Shown: one piece after another, positions 50,201-60,641 of the stretch
Layout: each line of letters starts with the position of its first letter
How positions within the stretch are numbered: the first letter of the stretch is position 1
Assembly (NCBI GenBank): GCA_001949185.1
Contig: BDGG01000003.1
Coordinates: forward strand, 1,033,530 to 1,097,529
Length of the DNA stretch: 64,000 nt
Direction of reading: 5' to 3'
DNA from: Ramazzottius varieornatus
Lineage: Eukaryota > Animalia > Tardigrada
Made by a program: the position numbers and the translations under genes
The notes under the pieces: model-generated
What the model was told of the DNA's origin: nothing
The model's input: only the letters and a program-made list of their open reading frames with translations
Databases searched by the model: none

Positions 50201-52180
50201 GCTGCCGTCGGAAGAGGGTTCTTTAGTAGCTGAGTCGTGAAAGGCGGCGCATGTTGCTGTAACGACAAAAGAAATACTCGCGGAGGAAGCTTGAAACTTT
50301 GGAAAGCACTGCATCGATCTTGCATGCACATGCACATTCTCGCAGCTTACAAAATGCACGCGCAAATGTACTCAGGTGGATGAAAGATCACTACCCTTCG
50401 ACATCGTACTCTCAGACAGGCTTTGCGTAATATACTATACTTCCTAGTGCCACTACTACGACTTCAAGAAACGTGTACGAGTGTTTCGTAGACCTGCTAA
50501 GGCTTTCGAAATGTTCCATACCGTTGGACATGATCTGTGTCTTTTGAGACAGACCGGGCGAGGCTTCGTGGACATTCTGGCTGCTTAGTCCGCTATCATC
50601 GTCGCTTCTCCTTATCTTCGTGCCTTGCGAAGAAGCTCCGCTGTCCGTCTCGTCATTGGATTCAACTACCACTTCCACCTGGAGCCAAACAATCACAAAT
50701 ATGCACTGTGCAAACCGAAATCGGATACTACTGTGTATAATAATTATTCCGGCCTTACTTTTTCTATTGCTTCATTTCTTTCTTCGACCACCACTGTCGT
50801 CTTTGTTGAAATTTCCACGTGCTTGGTTGTGGTTGTCAGTTTGGAGGCCACGCTAGGTGGAGGAGCGACAGGCGGATGAACATGCAGTTTATCGTACCTT
50901 CTGATGCAAAGGCTGTCTCGCGGCTTCCGACCCATCTGGAACTGCTTGGAAGTGATGGGCGGAGGTACCAGGGAAGTTCTCGACGACTGAACCGACACGC
51001 TGCTGGACGTCGTGGACATTGTGGGTGAAGCAGGTGATCCTGTTTCCTTGAAGGACGAAGGATCCACTTTTTCCGCAGCTGAAAAAACAGATAAAATTTC
51101 AGACCGCTTCATTTTCCCCCAATTTTACCCCACGCGTTATTACGATTTTTTTGGAAGTCCATCTCAAAGTAGGAAAGAGACTACTGTTTAGAGATTAAGG
51201 CAGTGATACCGGGAACTCTGACTGGGACTATAGAAGAAGGTTTCACAAAGTTCTCCCCTTCCGTTCCTGACGTATTTTCTTTCTCGCTCGAAGCTTTCCT
51301 CTCCTCAATCTTCTCTTCTTTCTTCGCAGTCGAAACTGGTTTTGCTACTCTCTCCAACGATAGCTTCCTTTCGGGTCTTGCGGCAATATCCGTCTGTAAT
51401 TTCCGAAGCTTCGCCAAACCCGGTGCGTTCTCCTTACAGGCAGTCGTACCGAGCTCCAGAATCCGCGACGCTTCTTTCAGATCGTTCTTCTTGTCCCTTA
51501 GAAGGTTGGACCAATAGACGTACAGTTCAACCGACTTCAGCCCGATCTACGATGAATATCACCCACTAGAGAAATACCATTTAGGGACGTCGGCCCTGAA
51601 TTTAGGACCTCGGCAAACAAACTGAAGCAGATCGTTTCCTCAAGTGGCGCACATTGTTGGTGATGCTGTATTGGCTGGATTCATGCCCCACTTGAGAAAA
51701 CGATCTTGCAGGTTTCGTCGAAGTGGCACGCGTTTACAGTAATATCGGCTGGAAGCGTGCGCCGCATGAAAAAAGCGATCTGGTTGAGTTTGTTCATCGA
51801 GCGTCCAAATCTTATTCGTAATGTTAACTGGAACAGGATAATACCTGCTCTTTGTACATGAACTCGAAGGTTTTCAACGGATCCGGACTATCCGCAGCCA
51901 TTTTCAGCCACAGCTTGACGAACGTGTCATTGTCAAAGTATCGCTTGGTGCTTTTGTTTTGCTCATATAAAGCATGACAACAGTTGGAGATTGCGGCGTA
52001 AACTCTTTCCTTCTGGATACTGTCCGGTTGTTCCTTGTAAAGACCATAAACCCATTTGATGAACAGAGTCCAGTCGTTCAGAGGATCACTGCCGACCGTT
52101 GATTTCAGCTGTGCCTCGCTCTTTATCCGTAGCGCGTCGAGTTCTTGCAGTGGAGTTGGGTTCCGCTGGCTGGACGCCAT
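47216..52180 (-). CDS. Mad3/BUB1 N-terminal (TPR) domain protein with coiled coil and long disordered tail, no kinase; ~9 exons
   Basis: DPLNDWTLFIKW, RYFDNDTFVKLWLKMA, DPLKTFEFMYKEQ|IGLKSVELYVYWS, EASRILELG; phase-compatible GT-AG junctions link ORFs 51824, 51181, 50744, 50412, 49406, 48862, 48481, 47787 and 47216. Confidence 0.7.
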
Positions 52181-53422
52181 TGTTGGAAAGCCCTTGTGAA
52201 ATCTGCAGAGGATGAAAGTGTGCTGAAGAGGAAAATATTGAACGAAAAGAAGAACGAACAAGCTTATCGACAAACCTCGACACACCCACGAAAACGAACG
52301 CATGACGTCACAGCTAATAATAAGAGCACACGGCTCGACGGATGACGCATGCGTGAGTGACAAAAAAGCGTTCAGTGAGACGAATGCTCTTCGTACCTTT
52401 TATCCGGATCTCAGTGGCTTCCAGTCGACTCAGACCTCCGTGAAATTTCTATGTCAAGTGTAGAAGGTATCATCTAAGTTGAGAAAGCAAAAAGTAGAAT
52501 GCTTCAAATCCGTAGATCGTTCTCGTCAAGGACAGAGGCGCAAACTATCCATCCGTCGTCAGGGTTGATTGGCTAGTCGACAATCGATGTTGGAAAGAAG
52601 ACGAGCTATCGTCCTCCATAGTCCAAAATATTAGATTTACGTAACTGTAGCGAAGGACACGAAGGAATGAGAAGAGCAGATCAGAATAAGTCTCAACGGT
52701 TGAAGAGGGGGAGATTCTCAGGAGAATATGATCATGATATCACAAATCAAAACCAGAAAAGTCTCTGTCCGCGCTTTTGGTGAAATCATCTCACTGACGT
52801 ATCACAGTGTTACGTTATGCAGCTTATTTTTCTGTCGTCATGCGACACGTTCTGTTGTGTTCTATATCCAACCCACACGATAAAGCCCACCAAATTACAA
52901 TGCACGGCAGGCAGCTCTCATTTGATTGATGTATAGCTAGTTCGTCCGCAAGTTGGTCAGTGTGTTCAGAAAACAGGCCAAACAGAAGTCGGATTTCGAG
53001 GAAACTGTCTCGTCGATACCTTTGGTTTCTACTCCGTGACAGTGCGGTCGCTTGATTGCCATCAAGATTTGATTTGTTGGCATGGATGAGCAACCGGAAA
53101 CGGAATTTCTTTCATCGTCTCCGTATTACGAAGAAGAAGCAGATTCTCAAGTGTTTCCAGGTACAACGAGGTCTCTACCTCTTTGAAATTCATAAGTTAC
53201 AGAGAAGAGCTGTGGTGGAGATTTGTAAAGTGACACGTTGCTGTTTCGACTGCTTTTCAGGTGGAAATCAACGGAATTCATGCAAACGCTGCAAAAAGGT
53301 CCGTTTCGGTGCCATCGTTTGATCCTTGTAACCAGCCATCCGCATTCGAACCAAGAATCGAGCTTCGAGGTATGTTTCCTTGAGTTTTCTCCAGATTTTC
53401 TTCGTGCTCAGGCAAGTGCAAA

Positions 53423-55094
<1,672 letters not shown>

Positions 55095-55704
55095 AAAGTT
55101 CCTTGTTGCTGTCTTTATCTGAATCATCTCTAATTCATTGTTAGCATGTTTCCCAAGGACCAATTCACCGCAGCTTATGGTTCCTTTCTCATTGTTTTAA
55201 GCATGGTTTTTATGGAGGAATGTCAGTCCGGTAAACATTCCGAACTTCCGATAACGTCCAACCAACGACGAATAAGCGCTTTTTAGAACGCGACGTTTCG
55301 GCTTACTTGCCCTGTGTGTTAACAGTACTCACCTGCTCGTTTTCTGTTCGGCTTGCCGCAGCCAGCCATAAATTCCGTTGTCTCAACCGGCCAACCAGTG
55401 CTTGTGAGGACCATTTACAAAGTCGCTCTTATCTAAGTCCCGCCTTGCATCCAGCGTCAACTCCTCGAGCAAAATCCGGAAAATAATTACTTTTTAGTTG
55501 AGGATTTTCTTTCGCCGCATCGGTTCATCAGAGAAACTCCTTTCTCGTTCTAGGAGGCACGAGCTATGTTTTTTGTGGTAGTTGTTTCGTTTCGTCCTTT
55601 CTGGAAGAAGGATGACGTGCGAGGATGGCGGCTGAGCTCGGAGGAAAGATCGGCAATGGTGAGTTTTCCCAACCATTTAAACTTCCTTGAGTTCCTCTCG
55701 AAGA

Positions 55705-55791
55705 AGCTTTTATGATGACCTCTAGGCTAGAGTTTTTGAGTTATCTTGACACGTCAAGAGGCTGTGAAGTTAATCATCGAATCTGAAGCTT
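55705..55791 (+). ncRNA. Box C/D snoRNA, predicted LSU Um (yeast U2421 equivalent; snR78/SNORD52-like)
   Basis: C ATGATGA 55712, D' TTGA, C' GTGAAG, D CTGA 55783; AGCTT terminal stem; guide ggctagagtt pairs GACUCUAGUC with G:U wobbles. Confidence 0.7.
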
Positions 55792-55999
55792 TCGTTAACA
55801 ATCTTTGGTAAATTGGAAAGCTGAAGGAGCTTTTTCTGACGATAGTGGTTTCTTGCAGGTGTTGCGAAATCGGCTAGATATCCTGCCCGACCCTTTCGGC
55901 ATTGCGGAACCCTGGTCTGAGATGGCAGATCGCTCCAGCTGTTTTTGGAAGAATGGTACGTTCCTTCTTCTCTTGTGTAACGAGCGTTATGGGCGAGGG

Positions 56000-56063
56000 C
56001 TTCTTGATGACTTGACTAGAGTCTCCGAGGCAGACAGTGAAGATGTATAATTCCGTCTGATAT
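56000..56063 (+). ncRNA. Box C/D snoRNA, paralogue of the previous one (same LSU Um site)
   Basis: C TTGATGA 56004; guide gactagagtc 56014-56023; D' CCGA; C' GTGAAGA; D CTGA 56057. Confidence 0.75.
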
Positions 56064-56374
56064 TTTCTGGGTCCCTTTTTGAAGCGTGAATGTGGCTCAA
56101 CTCACTGATTCACGCAGTATGGTCTTTCTGTTCCAGATTGAGGAAAGCAATGGAGATCAACGAAAGGAACAGTTCGCTAGCGGAGGTTCGATAAAGATTT
56201 CGCTATCTTGCCGACGTGGAGAATCAAGTTGACACTCAATCAACGGTAATGTCTTTCGCCCATCTGTGTCAGGACCGTGCCGATGTGCAGGTTCGCCTAC
56301 TCAAGGGCGTGTCGAGCACGGCCCTGTTCTGTACAGTCACGATAACGTTGTTCAGGGTTTCCGTTATGTTGTTT

Positions 56375-56512
56375 CGGCCTTTCGCCACCGAAGGTTCGGA
56401 TCTTTTCGATCGCTTTGGCCAGTAGAGAGGCAAGAAAGAAGTGTAGCGTCTTTAGGAAGCAGTTCTGCAGCATTGCCTGCTGTAAACTGTGCCGAAAAAT
56501 GCCGCAACAAAT
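56375..56512 (+). ncRNA. Box H/ACA snoRNA, snR34/SNORA65-like (two LSU pseudouridines)
   Basis: Two hairpins; H box AAAGAA 56435; ACA 56507; pockets gccac/gccagt fit ACUGGC-UU-GUGGC and taggaa/gccga fit UCGGC-UC-UUCCUA. Confidence 0.85.
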
Positions 56513-56678
56513 GGAAATAATTTGTTTTTTCTATTTCTAGGTCTGGCTTGCTTGAGTTCTTAACGGTTCACCGTCGCCACTGCATTCCTTCGCAAATAGC
56601 TTCCGTCTCCTTGAAAACAACTTTGAAAGTCTGGTAAGAACTATTGAGTGAAGCTCCAGTGCTGCAATCTCTGAAGTA

Positions 56679-56762
56679 GAAAATGATGAGATTTTGTCTG
56701 ACACCTCTTATGAATAATCGTCATGATTATCTAACGCAATTTGGTAACTTGAACCTGAAATC
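56679..56762 (+). ncRNA. Box C/D snoRNA, predicted LSU Gm (yeast G2793 equivalent; snR48/SNORD60-like)
   Basis: C ATGATGA 56683; 13-nt guide tctgacacctctt antisense to AAGAGGUGUCAGA; D' ATGA 56710; D CTGA 56755. Confidence 0.8.
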
Positions 56763-56913
56763 TTCTGCACTGCAGAACGCTGCAGATATCATCCTGGTAT
56801 GATGAGCCATGCCGAACGATATTTCGATTTTTTAGGAACGTTTGAAAGGACTGACATTCTTCCTTTGGAGTAAATTGAACGGGTAAGCCTTGTAAGTTAG
56901 ATTAAGGAAACAC

Positions 56914-57062
56914 AACCTCTCTTCTTGGCGTGGCTTTTCCTTTTCTGGAGAAGTCATGTATGCTCAAACGGGAGGGAAACAAAGGGTCGAGTGAAGATTG
57001 CCTTCGGTGTTGTCATTTTATTGCCTTTGACAGTCCCATCCTCTAATCTTCAGATAACATTC
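56914..57062 (+). ncRNA. Box H/ACA snoRNA, two SSU pseudouridines (SNORA57/U99-like)
   Basis: Two hairpins; H box AAACAA 56977; ACA 57057; pockets ttcttggc/atgct fit AGCAU-UU-GCCAAGAA and gccttcg/cctcta fit UAGAGG-UU-CGAAGGC. Confidence 0.8.
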
Positions 57063-57173
57063 AATGTTTCTCTCATTCCAGACTCTAGCGTTGACTTTTG
57101 GAAATCGGAACGGAAATCGGAACGGATGATGAAGTCAGAAGGTAAGGTGCCTTTCTTGAAGTGGCGTTAGAAG

Positions 57174-57279
57174 GGGGAAATAGGATGAGTAAATCAGAAT
57201 GTTGATCCGGAGTTGACTGCAGTCTATCTTTGGAAAACGTGGGACAATTTCTACTTTCGTTCTTCTGACATAATTCCCC
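57174..57279 (+). ncRNA. Box C/D snoRNA, predicted SSU Am (yeast A974 equivalent; snR54/SNORD59-like)
   Basis: GGGGAA/TTCCCC stem; C AGGATGA 57182; 12-nt guide actttcgttctt antisense to AAGAACGAAAGU; D CTGA 57265. Confidence 0.8.
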
Positions 57280-57442
57280 ATTCCAAACCGCAGACCGATC
57301 TGCCTTTTTCATTCATCGATTATGCTTGCCTGATGGAAGTCTTGCATCTCAGGAATTTTTGAGGATCGAAGGAAGTCTGAAGTTTGTAGAATGGATATCA
57401 CGGTAAGAAAATTAGCTCTCTTGTTTTCCTTTTGAAATTGAA

Positions 57443-57514
57443 GAAAGTGATGATAAACTGACTTGACACCTCTTGAATGAACAGCCGTGATTTCAACCTT
57501 TTTTACCTGAAGTT
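57443..57514 (+). ncRNA. Box C/D snoRNA, predicted LSU Gm (yeast G2791 equivalent)
   Basis: C GTGATGA 57447; guide tgacacctcttg 57464-57475; D' ATGA 57477; C' GTGATTT; D CTGA 57507. Confidence 0.8.
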
Positions 57515-57682
57515 TTCAGTTAAAAAATAGCATTTAATATGCTTCGACCGTTTTAGTGATTGTTCCTTTTTTGTCCAGTGAAGAGACGCATTTCACCACT
57601 AGAGCGTTTGGGAGAAGTCACCGCGTTGTTCTTGGGTAAGTTCTGCTGCAAAGATTTTCATTTTATCGTTTTGGGGTGGAAT

Positions 57683-57758
57683 ACAAATGATGACAAACTC
57701 ATGCGCGTCAACTGAAAGCAGTGATGTTTCAAATGTACTCTAATTTTTTTCTGAAGTT
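57683..57758 (+). ncRNA. Box C/D snoRNA, predicted LSU Cm (yeast C2337 equivalent; snR64/SNORD74-like)
   Basis: C ATGATGA 57687; 12-nt guide tcatgcgcgtca antisense to UGACGCGCAUGA; D' CTGA 57712; C' GTGATGT; D CTGA 57751. Confidence 0.85.
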
Positions 57759-57916
57759 TTCCGTCCTCACATTTCGCTCGCAGGAATACCTTTGGTTTCT
57801 CGGTCGGTAATATTTAACGGTTTGTTTATCGCAGCTCGTGAAGGAGTTTCTTGAGCTCTAGATCGGTGGAGTGTTCCATGTCAAGGAGGTGAGTCAATGT
57901 TGACTTTGGGTTGGTT

Positions 57917-57975
57917 TTTGGTGATGGAGGTAGGGTTGAAACTTGCGGTGATGATTACATAGTTCATCTGACGAG
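57917..57975 (+). ncRNA. Probable box C/D snoRNA, predicted LSU Am (yeast A807 equivalent; snR39/59, SNORD32/51-like)
   Basis: C-like GTGATGG 57921; C' GTGATGA 57948; 9-nt guide catagttca antisense to UGAACUAUG; D CTGA 57968. Short guide and non-canonical C box. Confidence 0.55.
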
Positions 57976-58203
57976 CTCTGATTGGTTTATGTTGCAAATG
58001 TCTTTCGCTCCTATCTGAGAAACTTTCAACTCTTGGTTTGCTGCTTGAATACTTTTTTCGAGCGCAATTATTTTGAGAAAAAGTTAGTCAGGTTCTTGAT
58101 GTTTTTTTACAGGTGTCGAACTGGGAGGACCGGAAGTGGGGCTGTCAAATTCGAGGTGAGTCTGCTCGAAATTTCGGATTGGATGATTTTGGTTTTTGCG
58201 AAT

Positions 58204-58283
58204 GTGGATGATGATAACGATCCAACGCTGATTGTCGGTGATGTTATTTTGAATCAAACGAGCTTTTTAACCCTGACTTCCAC
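58204..58283 (+). ncRNA. Dual-guide box C/D snoRNA (SSU Am, yeast A619 equivalent, plus an LSU Gm near the A-loop)
   Basis: GTGGA/TCCAC stem; C ATGATGA 58208; D' guide aacgatccaacg vs CGUUGGAUUGUU; D guide acgagctttttaac vs GUUAAAAAGCUCGU; D CTGA 58273. Confidence 0.88.
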
Positions 58284-60641
58284 TTCCGGTTCAGACTATT
58301 GGACGACTTCGATTGCCGAAGGTTCTTCAAGTTCAGCTTTGGTTTTTGTTCTGTAGATTGGCTTCGATGTGGAACTGCTAGCCGGGATGGAAAGGATTCT
58401 CAACTGACGCTCTAGAATATTTTTGTTTTGAAGAGATGACTTTCGGTTGTCGAGAGATTCCTCAGTTCGGTGCTGAACCGTATTCTTGTTTTCGTCTTTT
58501 GGTTCGCACTATTTTACGAATGTGAGTTTTCGGTCGAGTGTGATACTGGAATTGAAGAACCCTCTGTGCATCGGTCGAAGAAAAATTTATGAGCGAGTGT
58601 TTCGGCTGAAGTTATGAGAATCAACGAGACTAACGAACTTGAGACTCATTTCAGTAGAATTGTAATCTTAATTTCGGTCTTCTTTTGGCTCTGAGTATCT
58701 AACGCAAGACCACGATGAGTTTACTGTGTTCGCGTAAAAGAAAAAAATGTCTATCGAGGGAATAGATTTTTGTGAACCGATTCGCCATCTTGCACCTTAC
58801 ACAATGCTCCGGGATTCAGGCACGTGTACAGAACCATCAAGACGCTGGAAGCAAGAAGATCGCGTTTGCCGGTGTCTGTGATGGAAAATACGCTATGGAT
58901 GAGGTACCAGTCGGCAAGGGCCGCAAGGCTATTGTGCTACTGCGATATCACAATATCCAAACTTGGGCTCCGTCTGTCCACAGTCTACAGTATCTTAGCT
59001 CGCGCAGTACTTCCGCCAAATCTCCCTAAACACCAGTAGGATCGACTTCCAAGTCCCCCCTCCCGCTGATTGATTTTCCATTGTCAATACGCCCCGTGCT
59101 TTTCCGCACAAGTTAAGAAGTAAGAACAATGTAAAATAATCATTGTCCTTTTCGACCCTTTGTCGGATCGGTTATGGTGCACTGTATGATTTGTAGCATC
59201 GTAGAAGATGGGTTATGGAATTCGAGGAAGATAAAGCGTGACAATGGTGGAGGTAACCATGATCTATTGATACAATTGCTGACCCGGGTGGTTAATGAAT
59301 GATGTTTGCTAGATGGGTCCAGTGTTCAATTGGGTGGAATATTCCACTACGGAGAGCGAGTTGACAGCTGACCTCCTGTGTAGACCGTCGAGAGCTCAAG
59401 GAAGCGTCAGCATTTTGCCGCCGACTACTGTCGGATTTCTTCCGACCTGGGTGCCGCGAGTAGTGCCGGGCAGCCTAAATTTCTCTGTTCCCGCTCGAAT
59501 CTCAGGCTTGAGGATAAGGAGATCAGTGCTGGTCCCGGAAGTTCCCCTGTACTCTCCGACACGGTCACCTAATGATCGAGATACACCTGAGATCGGGACT
59601 ACTTCGGCAAACGATTTAGGTAATTTAGGTAATTTGCCGCAGATAATGATGCAACGGGAAAGCAGTTTGATGCTCAACCGCGGGTGGAGTATCGATCAAT
59701 GCTCTGATATTTAGGTATTTCTCTGCTTGAGCAGTGGGTTTCTTGAACGGGTTATGAGCAGTGGCGCACTGCAACATAAAAAATGTCAGTCTGACACACC
59801 GTGGTTGTCATCTCAAGTAATTCACAGAATTACAGTTTCCAACGTCTCAGGGTTGAAACGCTGTCAGTATCGAACGCGATCTAGCTGCAGGGAGAAAAAC
59901 CGGAGCCTTCCGGGACCAACAGCAATTTCCTCCAAGTCGAAGAGACTACCCTGCAGCCACGTCGTTGGGCTCGCCGATGAGCGTGCGTGTGCGGGACCCA
60001 CGATCAAAACATACCAGGCAACCGCTTATGGCTGTTAGCTGACATAAGACGTTGGGTTTTATGCTGTCTTAGTACGAATAGTGACATTTAGTGGTTACAC
60101 CAATGAGCAACAGTCGTACCAGTGTGGGTGGACCCACACTGGTTGGACCCACACTGGTTGTACCAGTGCGTACCTGCTGTGTACTTCGCTGTAACTGCGA
60201 GATTATCGAGTAATTGCCAATTGCCACAGGACAGCTTTCTCACAATCTTCTTTTGACAGTGCAGAGGCGCTAAACAAGATAGCGAATGATGTGTTGAGAT
60301 GTATTTCCTTTCTATTCAACTCTTCATTTGTTTCTGGCCCGGCGACTGCGTCTTTCCACTTGTGTTTCCTTCACACACCGTCAATTAGTTTATGACAGGT
60401 CAGTGCCACAGTCGTGCCGAAAGAAGGAACGTATGTGACAAAATTTTTGTCCAACGTCAAACTCTTTGAAAATTCAACGTCGGAAAAGATAGCGGCCACT
60501 CAATCCTTGTCAGCGTAAGCACACAGACAGTACGTTCTAACGTGTACAGCTGTAATTTCTCTTTGCTGCTCGTATGGCGCAGTCCTTCGGAAAAACATTT
60601 ATACATCTAACCGGCACTCACAACTGCTCGAATAAAGTACG

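Larger units (their letters stand above)
55595..58400 (+). ncRNA. Spliced non-coding snoRNA host gene (GAS5/UHG-like), >=11 exons; ends uncertain
   Basis: Ten GT-AG introns, each with one snoRNA; exon 56137-56245 has stops in all three frames; TCT-like motif TCCTTTCT at 55538 and 55595. Confidence 0.85.

Noticed and set aside
56797-56855. ATGATGA...CTGA pair as an additional C/D snoRNA
   Set aside because: It overlaps the likely acceptor at 56835, has no terminal stem, and no convincing rRNA complement was recognised
58430-58720. Further GATGA/CTGA motifs after the last host intron
   Set aside because: No clear flanking splice donor, non-canonical C boxes and no recognised guide; probably terminal exon
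59250-60050. Possible small spliced minus-strand gene
   Set aside because: No consistent start-to-stop model or homology could be built
60118-60168. Small hairpin plus 15-bp direct repeat (tggacccacactggt x2)
   Set aside because: Most simply a local slippage or excision footprint; no functional evidence
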